Positions 30,031-39,794 of a stretch of DNA of 64,000 bases are shown here, in pieces. Under the pieces are notes generated by a model. That model was not told the DNA's origin. It did not search any database and saw nothing but the letters and a program-made list of their open reading frames with translations. Positions within the stretch are counted from its first letter, which is position 1. Each line of letters opens with the position of its first letter. The DNA comes from an uncultured delta proteobacterium (GTDB taxonomy: Bacteria > Desulfobacterota > Binatia > UBA9968), in assembly GCA_963771465.1 (NCBI GenBank), contig CAVYTU010000002.1, positions 69,973 to 133,972 of the forward strand, in the 5' to 3' direction. Position numbers and translations under genes: made by a program.

Positions 30031-31473
30031 ATGGATCAAGGCAAAATTCTCGTTACCGAAGACGAAGAATCGCTCCGCTTTGTGTTACAGAAAGCGCTCG
30101 AAGCAGATGGCTACTTCGTGCAAACCGCGGCGAACGGCGCCACCGCCAGGCGACTCCTCGCCGAACACCATTTCGACGTGTCGCTGATGGACATCAAGCT
30201 ACCCGACATCGACGGCTTGGAGTTGCTCAAGGAATTTAAAGAGAGCGGCATCGAGACCGCGATGATCATGATGACCGCGCAAAACACCATGCGCAATGCC
30301 ATCGGCGCGATGAAAAACGGCGCCTTCGATTACATCACCAAACCCTTCGACCTGGACGAAGTGCTCTTGCTGGTCAAGCGCGCCGTCGATAGCCGCAAAC
30401 TGACCCGCGACTTTCGCGAGCTCAAGGAGGAAGTCAAGAAACGCTTCGAGCCCGGCGTCAACATCATCGGCACCAGCTCGAGCATGCAAAGCGTCTACAA
30501 GATCATCGGCCAAGTGGTTGATACCCAAGCGACGATTCTGATTTTGGGCGAGAGCGGCACCGGCAAAGAATTGGTCGCCAAGACGATTCACTACAACTCG
30601 CCGCGCTGGAACCAGCCTTTTATCGCGATCAATTGCGCCGCCATTCCCCGCGATCTGCTCGAGAGCGAACTGTTCGGCCATGAGAAAGGCTCTTTCACCG
30701 GCGCGCTTGACCGCCGGCTCGGCAAGTTTGAATTGGCCGAGAGCGGAACTTTGTTCCTCGACGAAGTCGGCGACATCCCGCTCGACTTGCAGACCAAGCT
30801 GCTGCGTGTACTGCAAGATCACGAGTACGGCCGCGTCGGCGGACGCGAGGTGCTCAAAGCCGACGTGCGGATTCTTGCCGCTACCAATCAGGACTTGGAG
30901 AAAGCCGTCAAGGAGAAACGTTTCCGTGAAGATCTCTATTTTCGACTCAAGGTGATTCCAATTCATCTGCCGCCGCTGCGCGAACGGCGCGGCGACATCG
31001 CGCTCCTGATCGGCTATTTCATCGACAAGATCAATCGCGAGATGGGCATTCAGGTCTCGGGCGTTTCGCCCGACGCGCAAAAACTTCTCGAAGAACACTC
31101 CTGGCCGGGCAACGTCCGAGAACTGGAGAACACTCTCATCCGCGCCGCCGTTTTGTCGCCCGGACCGATTCTCTTTCCCAAAGATTTCACTTTGCAGAAC
31201 AAACCGACGACGGCGAGCTTGGATGTCGACCAACTTTCGCTCGAAGAAATCATTCGCCATAAGCTGGTCGATTACTTCCGCCGTATGGAAGGCGTCGACG
31301 TCGACAATCTCTATTCCTTGGTCATCGAACGGGTCGAACGGCCACTGATCGAATTAACCCTCAAGAAAACCAAAGGCAATCAGATCCGCGCCGCGCAACT
31401 CCTCGGCATCAACCGCAACACGCTGCGCAAAAAGATCACCGATCTGCGCATCGAGCTCAAGAAAGAATCCTGA
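30031..31473 (+). CDS. sigma-54-dependent response regulator (NtrC family enhancer-binding protein)
   Basis: Receiver domain ([14 protein letters not shown]), AAA+ Walker [15 protein letters not shown] (GAFTGA variant), C-terminal Fis-type HTH ([16 protein letters not shown]). Confidence 0.9.
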   Translation: MDQGKILVTEDEESLRFVLQKALEADGYFVQTAANGATARRLLAEHHFDVSLMDIKLPDIDGLELLKEFKESGIETAMIMMTAQNTMRNAIGAMKNGAFDYITKPFDLDEVLLLVKRAVDSRKLTRDFRELKEEVKKRFEPGVNIIGTSSSMQSVYKIIGQVVDTQATILILGESGTGKELVAKTIHYNSPRWNQPFIAINCAAIPRDLLESELFGHEKGSFTGALDRRLGKFELAESGTLFLDEVGDIPLDLQTKLLRVLQDHEYGRVGGREVLKADVRILAATNQDLEKAVKEKRFREDLYFRLKVIPIHLPPLRERRGDIALLIGYFIDKINREMGIQVSGVSPDAQKLLEEHSWPGNVRELENTLIRAAVLSPGPILFPKDFTLQNKPTTASLDVDQLSLEEIIRHKLVDYFRRMEGVDVDNLYSLVIERVERPLIELTLKKTKGNQIRAAQLLGINRNTLRKKITDLRIELKKES

Positions 31474-31480
31474 TAAGCCC

Positions 31481-32107
31481 ATGTCGCTCCTCTTGCCGCC
31501 ACTCTACACGATCCTCGATCCGGAGCAGACTAAAAACCGGACGGTCGATCTCGTAATGGAGCAATTGCTCGAAGGCGGCGCGCAGCTTCTCCAGCTCCGC
31601 GTGAAATCGCTGCCGGCGAGGGATTTTATGGAATTGGCCCGCGAAATGCGGCAGCGAACCCGCGCCGCTGGCTGTAAACTTATTGTCAATGATCGCATCG
31701 ACATCGCGCTCGCCGGCGACGCCGAGGGCGTTCATTTAGGCCAAGACGATTTACCGCTAGTCGCTGGCAAAAAACTGATGGGGAACAAAATCGTCGGCAT
31801 CTCGACCCACGACGTCGCGCAAGCCAAAGAAGCCGAACGAAACGGCGCCGATTACATCGGCTTCGGTCCCATGTTCGGCACCACGACGAAAAACACGGGC
31901 CTAAGCGCCCGCGGCATCGACATGCTCAAGCAAATCCGCGCCGCGGTAAAAATCCCCATCGTCGCCATCGGCGGCATCAATGAACACAACGTCTCCCAAG
32001 TCTGGCAGGCCGGCGCAGAGTCGGCGGCGATCATCAGTGATATCTTGGGGGCGGACGATATCGCCGCGAAGGTAAAGCGAATTCTATCGCTCGCTCCGCT
32101 ACGTTGA
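31481..32107 (+). CDS. thiE: thiamine-phosphate synthase
   Basis: 208 aa. LYTILDPE..., LQLRVK, GADYIGFGPMFGTTTK and VAIGGI are typical of ThiE/TMP-TENI. Confidence 0.85.
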   Translation: MSLLLPPLYTILDPEQTKNRTVDLVMEQLLEGGAQLLQLRVKSLPARDFMELAREMRQRTRAAGCKLIVNDRIDIALAGDAEGVHLGQDDLPLVAGKKLMGNKIVGISTHDVAQAKEAERNGADYIGFGPMFGTTTKNTGLSARGIDMLKQIRAAVKIPIVAIGGINEHNVSQVWQAGAESAAIISDILGADDIAAKVKRILSLAPLR

Positions 32108-32135
32108 CGAGATCACTCTCCCGACAAATAAAAGC

Positions 32136-32621
32136 ATGGCGAGCAAGTTTAAAAACAAACCCGATAATCGTTACTTCGAAGATTACGTTCCCGGCGCCAT
32201 CCACGAATTCGGCAACATCGCCGTCGACGAACAGGAAGTCATTGAGTTTGGTAAACGCTTCGTGCCGCTTTCCTATCACGTCGACAAAGAAGCGGCAAAA
32301 AAAAGTATCTACGGCGGCATCATCGCCAGCGGCTGGCACACCGCCGCATTGATGATGCGTGTTTACGTGGAAAACTATCTCTCCCCAGTAGCAAATCTCG
32401 GCTCCCCTGGCGGCGACGAGTTACGCTGGGACAAACCGGTCTTTCCCGGCGATGAATTATCCGTGCGCGCCACGGTGCTCGAAGCGCGTCGCTCCGAATC
32501 TCGCCCCGACCGCGGCATCGTCCGCACCTTCATCGAAGTTCTGAATCAAAAGCGCGAAGTGGTGATGAGCATGAAAATGGTGAACTTCGTGAGATGCCGC
32601 GACAACTTGAACGGAACTTGA
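32136..32621 (+). CDS. MaoC-like (R)-hydratase / hot-dog fold protein
   Basis: 161 aa. IASGWHTAALMMR ... FPGDELSVRATVLEAR ... RGIVRTFIEVLNQ pattern of MaoC dehydratase domains. Confidence 0.7.
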   Translation: MASKFKNKPDNRYFEDYVPGAIHEFGNIAVDEQEVIEFGKRFVPLSYHVDKEAAKKSIYGGIIASGWHTAALMMRVYVENYLSPVANLGSPGGDELRWDKPVFPGDELSVRATVLEARRSESRPDRGIVRTFIEVLNQKREVVMSMKMVNFVRCRDNLNGT

Positions 32622-32723
32622 GATTACTGTGTTGTCGAAGCACTTAGATTCGCCGCTGGCAGGGTCCGACTCAAGGGAATCAGTTTAAACTCCAAGCCAA
32701 AATCATTCGACATGCCAATGATC

Positions 32724-33785
32724 TTAGCGCGCCGGCAGCGGATCGACGCCAGAGAATTTCTTTAACATCTCGATAATCTCAGGATCGCGGGGTGTTTCCT
32801 GGATTACTTTTGTAAGTTCTTCGGGCATCAGGGGCGAAGCGTCGTCGGTGACTAGCTTTTTAAACTCGGCGCGGAACTCCGGGTCCTTGAAAACCTTGCG
32901 TATCGCTTCTTGCAGAATCTCTACTCGATCTTTCGGCGTTCCCGGCGGCAACACGAAAGGCGAAGTTACCGTTCTGAAACCGCGCCACATGGTCAAAAGC
33001 TTTTTTTCCTTATCGGTTTTGGCGAAGCTCTCGATCTCCGGCAATTGGGCGAGGCGCGGATGGGACGGTTTATCGTTTTTCGGCACCGCCAGGATCGCGT
33101 GAAAGTCCATGACGCCCTTTTCCAACCAATCGCGATTGCGGGTTAACACGGAGGTCGCGTTGTTCGCTCGCGAATCGATTTCTCCGTTGTTCAGCGCAAC
33201 ATCGGCTTCCAGCGAAGAATAACCGGTGACGAACTTCGGCGCCTTTAAGTCGAGAAAGTAAGCAAACAGCCTTCCGGAAGTATAAGCGACCGCGCCCACT
33301 TCCTGAGCGCCGATGCGCACGCCGCTGGCGGCGCGAAGCTTGTCTAGAGTATTGAGACCAAGCTCGCGCCGCGTGTAGATGACGTTGTGGTTTTCGCTCA
33401 CCGGCGTACCGAGATAAATGAATTTATCGATATCGTACATTACGCCGGTCTCTTTCATCACCTGCAAGCCGATGATCGAACTGCTGAGAGCACCGATCGT
33501 GAGACCGTCAGGCTTGGCGTTCTGGAACACGTGATTGGCGGCACGGCGTCCGCCGCCGCCTTCAATGAATTCGATCACCAGAGTCGGACTGCCCGGGATA
33601 TACTTACGCAGGTGCGTCATCACGGTCTTGACGCGCAATCCCGCCGTGCCGCCGGGATCGTTATTGATGACCTTTATCGTCTTGCCCTGATAAAAAGACG
33701 CTTGCGAGAAAACCGCGTTCGGAAAAACACTCAGCTGCAAAAATACCGCGATGGCAAACGTCCGCAGCGCATACATCGTTCTCAT
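32724..33785 (-). CDS. divergent Bug/TctC-like periplasmic substrate-binding protein
   Basis: Signal peptide. FYQGKTIKVINNDPGGTAG...IPGSPTLVIEFIEGGGGRRAANHVFQNAKPDGLTIG parallels the other Bug proteins in this window. Confidence 0.65.
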   Translation of the reverse strand: MRTMYALRTFAIAVFLQLSVFPNAVFSQASFYQGKTIKVINNDPGGTAGLRVKTVMTHLRKYIPGSPTLVIEFIEGGGGRRAANHVFQNAKPDGLTIGALSSSIIGLQVMKETGVMYDIDKFIYLGTPVSENHNVIYTRRELGLNTLDKLRAASGVRIGAQEVGAVAYTSGRLFAYFLDLKAPKFVTGYSSLEADVALNNGEIDSRANNATSVLTRNRDWLEKGVMDFHAILAVPKNDKPSHPRLAQLPEIESFAKTDKEKKLLTMWRGFRTVTSPFVLPPGTPKDRVEILQEAIRKVFKDPEFRAEFKKLVTDDASPLMPEELTKVIQETPRDPEIIEMLKKFSGVDPLPAR

Positions 33786-33832
33786 ACGAGCGTCCTCAAG
33801 CTATCCGCGGCGCATTCACGTCGTCACCACGG

Positions 33833-34876
33833 TCAGTAGCCGCAACGATCCGCGACCGCGCGCACGCGCTGGTACTCTGCGTCCAATTCCTTACGTCCCC
33901 TCAACTCCTTGTACGCTTCAGTGACCAAATCTTGCGCGCAGACTTCTTCAATCGCGGGAACTTCGAAGTTCAACCCGTCGATCAGAGCTTCCTCGCGCAG
34001 CATGTCTTCGAATCCCGTGGCGAGGCCGTCTATTGGGAAGGGCATGCGCTCCAGGCCAACCGGCGTATAGCGGCTGGCATGATGCAGCCGCTCTTCGGGG
34101 TCGGGAGTCGTCAGGCGCAGGCGTTTGTCGAGATTGTAGAGATATTCAAAGTTTTTCGGCATGTCGCGGACGAACCAGTAGGAGCGAATCAGCCCCTTGA
34201 GAAAACTCTTCACCAAGTCCGGCCGCTCTTCGAGAATCTTTCCGGTGGCGGCGATGATCCGTTCGGGCCGGCCGTTGGGATATGAATCTTTGGGCACGAC
34301 CAAAACGTTGCAGCCCTCTTTTTTGAGCGAGTCCACCAGCACGCTCGTTATTGGTGCGCATTCGACCTTGCCGGTTTTGAGCGCGTCGACGATCAGGTGA
34401 GTCCCGACGCCGCAGCGCACCCATTCGACGTCTTTCTCGATATCCAAACCGGCCTTGCGCAACTGAACCTGAATGCCCCAGTGGCGAATGCTGTTGAAGT
34501 CGCTGATGCCGACGCGCTTGCCCTTGAGATCCGCGAGCGACTTGATATGCGGCGGCCCCATCCACGTCGATGTGTGTTGGTTGCGCCAACCGGCGATGAT
34601 GTAAACATCGGCGCCGCGCGAGCGCTGGTAAAAAATCGTCCGCGACTGGACGTCGAGCGCGATGTCGACAGATTTCTCCTTCATCGCTTGAGAGATGCCC
34701 AGCTTTTCCAATCCGAAAGGTACCATGGGATCGCGCAGAATCTGGTAGGCGAGCGACCCGTCCGCAGTCTTGAGCCCCTCATCGTAAAAGAAATTCATCT
34801 CATGGGCCGACATGACCGGCATCAGATGCAACACATGATAACAGGTCGGCGAGATGCGCAATTTTCCGTCTAACAT
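33833..34876 (-). CDS. NMT1/THI5-like (NitT/TauT-type binding-protein fold) protein without a signal peptide
   Basis: LADLKGKRVGISDFNSIRHWGIQVQLRKAGLDIEKDVEWV is typical of NMT1-type binding proteins. The N-terminus MLDGKLRISPTCYHVLHL is not hydrophobic. Confidence 0.55.
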   Translation of the reverse strand: MLDGKLRISPTCYHVLHLMPVMSAHEMNFFYDEGLKTADGSLAYQILRDPMVPFGLEKLGISQAMKEKSVDIALDVQSRTIFYQRSRGADVYIIAGWRNQHTSTWMGPPHIKSLADLKGKRVGISDFNSIRHWGIQVQLRKAGLDIEKDVEWVRCGVGTHLIVDALKTGKVECAPITSVLVDSLKKEGCNVLVVPKDSYPNGRPERIIAATGKILEERPDLVKSFLKGLIRSYWFVRDMPKNFEYLYNLDKRLRLTTPDPEERLHHASRYTPVGLERMPFPIDGLATGFEDMLREEALIDGLNFEVPAIEEVCAQDLVTEAYKELRGRKELDAEYQRVRAVADRCGY

Positions 34877-34920
34877 TAATTTACTCCTTTTCAGCGATGC
34901 AGATTTACTCAGTAGGTTAA

Positions 34921-34990
34921 TTCACCGCGGAGGTCGCCGAGAAGAGGTTGTGAAAAAACTCTCTGCGAACTCTGCGCCTCCGCGGTAAAC
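34921..34990. repeat. word-built hairpin repeat (GCNGAGA / TCTGCG words)
   Basis: ttcACCGCGGAGGtcgccgagaagagg...ctctctgcgaactctgcgCCTCCGCGGTaaac. The outer inverted repeat is a perfect 10 bp. Confidence 0.6.
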
Positions 34991-35002
34991 AAATTCGAAG
35001 TC

Positions 35003-36076
35003 CTATTTGCCCGTTGGAAATCCCCAGACCCCGGCGATTTTTTTGATGATGCCGGGCTCGTATTCGGGTCGGTCCCAGCCTTCGAAGATCGTCTTCGAGC
35101 CCGCCTTCTGAAGCAGCCGCCACTTTTCACTCTCTTTGACAAACGGTGAGCCGCGGCCCACTACGTCGTAGGCTTTTTGACCTTCAGGCGAGGATAACCA
35201 ACCTGCGAGTAGAAAAGCGGCATTTGGGTGCGGCGCGCCTTTGGGGATCGCCATGATTTCGCCCAAGCTAACCGGCACCTCTTTTGGAAAGGCCATTGCC
35301 AGCTTCGCTTTGGGGTCACTTTTCAACAACGAGTAGAGCGTCGCATAATGGGCGCCACACATGACGGGAAATTCACCGGAAGCGAGCTGCGCCACCGCTT
35401 CGGTCTGGCCTTGCTTCCAGATCGGTTGGTTGTTCTTGAACTTCGCCGCGTAGTCGAGAATCTTCGCTTCGCCCCATGATTTGTACAGTCCGCTCAAAAA
35501 CCGCGGATGAACATCGACGGCGATCTTGCCTTTCCACTGGGGATCGAGACAATCGGCCCAGTCTTTCGGGATTTTATTCGCCGGCACTAACGATGGGTTG
35601 TAGCCGATGATGCGCAGGTTGAATCCCGCCGCATTGAAATATCCGTCCGGACTGATGTGATACTCGCCGATGGTCGGCATCAGCTTGCGCCATTCAAGCG
35701 GGCCGGTAACCACGCCGCCTTTGATGAAGCGATTTTGCATCGCCGCCGGCACATCGTAGAGATCGAACTCAACCACGCCGGCCAACACCTCGTTGAAGAG
35801 TTTCTCCGCCCGCGCCGTGCCGCTCACGGGTGTCAATTCCACTCGAATCTTGGGGTAGCGTTGACTAAATCCCTTGAGCACCAGCGGCGCTTCTTCCAAC
35901 GTCAAACCGCTGCCGATGTGCAGTATGCCCTCTTTGTTGGCGAGCCGGACAATTTCTTCGAAATTCTTGCCGATGCCGGCCGGTTGGGCGCCGGCTGGCA
36001 TGGAAAACACCAGCATGCCAACAAGAACGCTCGTCAATAACATCGCTTCCTTGAACAACCTAAGTTTCATCGTCAT
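35003..36076 (-). CDS. ABC transporter periplasmic solute-binding protein (family 1, Fe3+/polyamine-like)
   Basis: Signal peptide. Paralogous in pattern to 38638-39747 and 48860-49870 (KEGILHIGS..., RYPKIRVEL...). Confidence 0.7.
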   Translation of the reverse strand: MTMKLRLFKEAMLLTSVLVGMLVFSMPAGAQPAGIGKNFEEIVRLANKEGILHIGSGLTLEEAPLVLKGFSQRYPKIRVELTPVSGTARAEKLFNEVLAGVVEFDLYDVPAAMQNRFIKGGVVTGPLEWRKLMPTIGEYHISPDGYFNAAGFNLRIIGYNPSLVPANKIPKDWADCLDPQWKGKIAVDVHPRFLSGLYKSWGEAKILDYAAKFKNNQPIWKQGQTEAVAQLASGEFPVMCGAHYATLYSLLKSDPKAKLAMAFPKEVPVSLGEIMAIPKGAPHPNAAFLLAGWLSSPEGQKAYDVVGRGSPFVKESEKWRLLQKAGSKTIFEGWDRPEYEPGIIKKIAGVWGFPTGK

Positions 36077-36344
36077 AAAATTACCTCCGCAATTGTTTTT
36101 TTTCGCCTACAAATTGCCGTCACTAGCGTTCCGTAGCTAGCCCGACGTCGATTCGCTACACAACCACTCACGATGATTATCAAACTGCATGAGCCGGCGT
36201 CAATGTAGATCTTGTCGGTCCTTGAAAATTTCGTTCTTCAAAAGGTTTGCGCGGATACACATGCCGCATTGAATTGGTCGTATTCAGCACGGCGAACCTG
36301 GCGCGGCGAGTTGCAACCCAATCTCGGAATATCTCTCGCTAAGC

Positions 36345-36447
36345 GTGTTCTGAGCCAAGTCGAAGGGACGCAAAGCATGCCCCGAACGAAGTCGAATGGA
36401 ACGCCAAGTTTGGCGTCGTTTAATTACTTTTGCGTTCTTTGCGTTAG
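36345..36447. repeat. REP-like composite element (ctgagccaagtcgaaggg head; ACGCAAAG / CTTTGCGT words) in a 460-nt lower-GC intergenic region
   Basis: acgcaaag at 36368-36375. Its complement occurs twice in cttttgcgttctttgcgtt at 36427-36445. Inner stem acgccaa/ttggcgt at 36401-36416. Confidence 0.45.
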
Positions 36448-36475
36448 TTCTCCAAAACTCTTGCTATTTTCCGCT

Positions 36476-36504
36476 TTGCAATTCATCCGCAGCGGCAGTA
36501 AATA
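36476..36504 (+). promoter_or_regulatory. weak sigma-70-type promoter candidate for the E1 alpha/beta genes
   Basis: TTGCAA, a 17-nt spacer, then TAAATA, ~30 nt upstream of the ATG at 36537. Confidence 0.25.
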
Positions 36505-36536
36505 TTTGACAACGGCAAAACTGATCGGAGGAAAAA

Positions 36537-37553
36537 ATGTTACCTGAAATTCCACGAGACAGGCAGCTCGGTATTCTGCGCAAGATGCTGATGATACGGC
36601 GCGCGGAAGAACACTGCATCCGCTTTCACGACGAACACGAGGGGCTGATCCGCGGCCATTTTCACGTCTATATCGGCCAGGAGGCCACCGGCGTGTCGGT
36701 ATGCGACTGGTTGAACCCAGACGACTACGTCTTCACGACGCACAGAAATCACGGCCACGTCATCGCCAAAGGCGGCGATCCAAAAAAAGTATTGGCCGAG
36801 ATCATCGGCCGCGCCACCGGCTACTGCCAAGGGCGCGCGGGAACGTTTCACGTCGCCGCGCCGGAAGTGGGCATCGTCCACACCTCGGCGATCGTCGGCG
36901 GCTGTCTCGCCCTCGCCGGCGGCACCGCCTTCGCCGCGCAGATGCAAGATCGCAAAGCGATCACCGTGGTTTTCTTCGGCGACGGCGCCATGGAAGAAGG
37001 CGTGTTCTACGAGACATTGAATATCGCCAAGCTCTGGCAACTGCCGATGATCTTCTGGATGGAAAATAATTATCGCCGCACCGGCCGCGGCGCGGGCCAC
37101 GCGGCCAACGAGCTGAGCAACGTGCCGAAGGCGTTGAATGTTGAAACCACGGTCATCGACGGCATCGACGTCGGCACCGTGCATGCGACGGCGAAAGAAA
37201 TAGTCCGGCGCGTGCGCGCCGGCGACGGGCCGCTGTTCGTCGAAGCGCGCACCCATCTTTGGCCGGGCAATGCGTTCAACATGCCCAAGCTCGTCGGCGG
37301 CGTCACCGACATCGCTTGGACGTGGAACCCGGGCGCCGCGCCGGAAAAAGTTCGCGACTGGCACAAGGAGCACGATCCGATTCTGAATTATTGTCGCGAG
37401 CTCGAAAGCGCCGGCGTGAGCCGCGGTGAAATCGAAAAACTCGATGCTCAAGTAAGCAGCGAGATCGACGCGGCGGCACGCTTCGCCTTGGAAAGTCCGC
37501 TGCCCGATGCAAAGGCAGCGCTCAACTATGCTTTCGCCGGGAAAGGAAACTAA
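36537..37553 (+). CDS. TPP-dependent 2-oxoacid/acetoin dehydrogenase E1 component, alpha subunit
   Basis: 338 aa. TPP-binding GDGAMEEGVFYETLNIA...MENN. HRNHGH motif. Confidence 0.85.
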   Translation: MLPEIPRDRQLGILRKMLMIRRAEEHCIRFHDEHEGLIRGHFHVYIGQEATGVSVCDWLNPDDYVFTTHRNHGHVIAKGGDPKKVLAEIIGRATGYCQGRAGTFHVAAPEVGIVHTSAIVGGCLALAGGTAFAAQMQDRKAITVVFFGDGAMEEGVFYETLNIAKLWQLPMIFWMENNYRRTGRGAGHAANELSNVPKALNVETTVIDGIDVGTVHATAKEIVRRVRAGDGPLFVEARTHLWPGNAFNMPKLVGGVTDIAWTWNPGAAPEKVRDWHKEHDPILNYCRELESAGVSRGEIEKLDAQVSSEIDAAARFALESPLPDAKAALNYAFAGKGN

Positions 37554-37556
37554 GCC

Positions 37557-38531
37557 ATGCCGCAGGAAATGACTTTTGGTGAAGCGTTGCTCGCCGCTAT
37601 CGATGAGGTTGCGGAGCAAGACAAACGAATCGTGCTGTTCAACCCGAGCTTTGCCGGCGAAGCCGGCCACGAAAAACTGGCAGCGTTCCGCAAAAAATAC
37701 GCGGCGCGGATAAAATTCCCGCCCATCGCGGAAATTGGTTTCTGCGGCATCGCCACCGGCGCGGCAATGGCCGGCCTGCGGCCGGTGGTCGACCTCAGCA
37801 CCGCGACGTTTTCCTACGAAGCGATCCCGCAGATCGTCAACGAAGCCGCCATCGCTTACTCGAACTCCGGCGGCCAAACCAACGTGCCGGTGGTTTTCTA
37901 TTTAAAGTTCGGCATCCGCGGCGGCGGCGGGGTGCAACACTCCGGCAGCCCGCAGTCTTGGTACTGGAACACGCCCGGCCTGCAAATCGTCATGCCGTCG
38001 ACCCCCGCCGACGCCAAGGGTCTCATGCGCACGGTGCTGCTGAAAAGCGAAGACCCGACGATTTTCTTCGGCCATGATCGGCTGTTGGACAATCGCGGCA
38101 GTGTTCCCGACGGCGCCTATGAAATACCGCTGGGAAAAGCCGACGTGAAACGCGAAGGCAAAGATTTGACGATCATCGCTACGTCAATCCAGGTGCCGCG
38201 CGCATTGGCCGCCGCGGAAATTCTGTCGAAGGAAGGTATCTCTGCCGAGATCATCGATCCGCGCACATTACAGCCGCTAGACAAACCGGCGCTGCTCGCC
38301 TCGGTCAAGAAAACCGGCCGCGTGCTGATCACCGACGAGAGTCACGATAATTGCGGCGTCGCCGCCGGTCTGGCGGCGATCATCGCCGACGAGGGGTTCA
38401 CGAGCCTGCGCGCGGCGATCAAGCGCGTCTCGATCCCGCCGGTGCCCGTGCCCTATTCGGTGCCGCTGGAAGATTACGTCACACCGATGGCGCAACGCAT
38501 CGTCGAGATCGCTCGGGCGTTAGTAAAATGA
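37557..38531 (+). CDS. 2-oxoacid/acetoin dehydrogenase E1 component, beta subunit (transketolase-like)
   Basis: 324 aa. MTFGEALLAAIDE..., FPPIAEIGFCGIATGAAMAGLRPV, and a C-terminal transketolase-C region. Confidence 0.85.
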   Translation: MPQEMTFGEALLAAIDEVAEQDKRIVLFNPSFAGEAGHEKLAAFRKKYAARIKFPPIAEIGFCGIATGAAMAGLRPVVDLSTATFSYEAIPQIVNEAAIAYSNSGGQTNVPVVFYLKFGIRGGGGVQHSGSPQSWYWNTPGLQIVMPSTPADAKGLMRTVLLKSEDPTIFFGHDRLLDNRGSVPDGAYEIPLGKADVKREGKDLTIIATSIQVPRALAAAEILSKEGISAEIIDPRTLQPLDKPALLASVKKTGRVLITDESHDNCGVAAGLAAIIADEGFTSLRAAIKRVSIPPVPVPYSVPLEDYVTPMAQRIVEIARALVK

Positions 38532-38542
38532 GAGTAAAATTA

Positions 38543-38614
38543 TTCACCACGAAGAGCACGAAGTTCGGAAATTAATTATCCGAAACCGTCGAGTCCTTCG
38601 TGCCTTCATGGTGA
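38543..38614. repeat. word-built hairpin repeat (CACGAAG / CTTCGTG words)
   Basis: ttcaccacgaagagcacgaagTTCGGAaattaattaTCCGAAaccgtcgagtccttcgtgccttcatggtgag. Confidence 0.6.
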
Positions 38615-38637
38615 GATAAAAGGATCGCAGGCGGCAC

Positions 38638-39747
38638 ATGAAGATAAAAAGGCAATTATTGTTGCTCGGCACCATTATACTGACGGCATCCAGCGCTCTC
38701 GCCGCGGCTCCGGCGCCAGCGTTGCAAAAGAGTAAACAAGATGCGGAAGCCAAAGGGTATACGTTCCTGTCCAGTCACGACGAGATCGTCCGACTCGCGA
38801 AGCAGGAAGCGCGAATTGACGGCATCGTTTCGCTCGATCCGGAAACCTTTGGACCGCTGACCAAGGCGTTCAAGAGAAAATATCCGTTTCTCGAACTGAA
38901 GCTCGGGGAAGTGACCGGAACCGAGGCAACCCAGCGCTTTCTATTGGAAGTACAGAGCGGCACGGCGCAGGCGGATTTCACTTATATCAGCGAAGATTTT
39001 TATAAAGGATTTATTACCCGCGGCAAGAGGTTCGACATTCTCGGCATGGCAGAAAACAATGTCTTGTCGATTCCAACCAAGATGATCGATCCGCTGTCGC
39101 GCAAGGCGATCTCAGCGGCGACGATCTTTGCAGCCGTCGCTTTCAACAAATGCCTCCTCGAACCTGCCAAGGTTCCTGAGCGCTGGGAAGATTTCTTGAA
39201 GCCCGAGCTCAAGGGCAAGAAGTTTTTCGTCGACATCCGGCCTTTTCATTATCAATCTTTCGCCGCCGGCGCCGGCGAGGAGTGGATGCTCGACTACGCG
39301 CAAAAAATCGCCGCGCAGGACCCGGTGTGGATCAGAGGCGCCAGCCGGGTGCTCACCCAGATCGCCGCCGGCGAATATTTGTTGCACTCGGGGATCAATT
39401 ATCACAGCACGATCAGGGCCAAGGAGAAGGACAAGTCCGGCTGCTTGGATTTGAAAATCATCGAACCGGTTCCGGTGCGGCTCTCGGAACCGCAGATGGT
39501 CGTCGACACGGCGAAGCATCCCAACGCCGCGCTCCTCTGGCTGGAATTTCTTGCGAGCGCGGAAGCACAAGCGATCATCGACAAGTACGAGCCGTTAAAG
39601 TCATCGATCTACGCATCCGGCTCGGCGGTGGAGAAAATCATTCGCGGCAAAAAGATCTGGCTCAAGGACTGGAAGCACTATGAGAAAGGGCCGGATTGGA
39701 TGGGCATGGCGGTAAAAGCATTTGGCTTTCCTAAAGCGGGATCGTAA
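38638..39747 (+). CDS. ABC transporter periplasmic solute-binding protein (family 1)
   Basis: Signal peptide MKIKRQLLLLGTIILTASSALA. Paralog pattern shared with 35003-36076 and 48860-49870. Confidence 0.7.
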   Translation: MKIKRQLLLLGTIILTASSALAAAPAPALQKSKQDAEAKGYTFLSSHDEIVRLAKQEARIDGIVSLDPETFGPLTKAFKRKYPFLELKLGEVTGTEATQRFLLEVQSGTAQADFTYISEDFYKGFITRGKRFDILGMAENNVLSIPTKMIDPLSRKAISAATIFAAVAFNKCLLEPAKVPERWEDFLKPELKGKKFFVDIRPFHYQSFAAGAGEEWMLDYAQKIAAQDPVWIRGASRVLTQIAAGEYLLHSGINYHSTIRAKEKDKSGCLDLKIIEPVPVRLSEPQMVVDTAKHPNAALLWLEFLASAEAQAIIDKYEPLKSSIYASGSAVEKIIRGKKIWLKDWKHYEKGPDWMGMAVKAFGFPKAGS

Positions 39748-39794
39748 TCGCGCGTGTCTCGCCTTCAGGAATAATTCAGGATCGGAGTCTTTTC

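Noticed and set aside
36212-36547. A 111-aa ORF in the lower-GC intergenic region upstream of E1 alpha.
   Set aside because: It has a non-ATG start, runs through the REP-like element (LAKRVLSQVEGTQSMPRTKSNG is the usual spurious translation of such repeats), has no SD, and overlaps the E1 alpha start.
36540-37877. Very long antisense ORFs: 445 aa opposite E1 alpha/beta, 27050-28246 opposite nusA, 30199-31260 opposite the NtrC-like gene, 22496-23419 opposite truB, 52309-53163 opposite the radical-SAM-like gene, and many more.
   Set aside because: They lie exactly opposite strongly family-like genes. They are rich in Arg/Ala/Gly/His, as expected when a GC3-rich frame is read backwards, and they have no recognisable motifs. 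This is a typical high-GC artefact.
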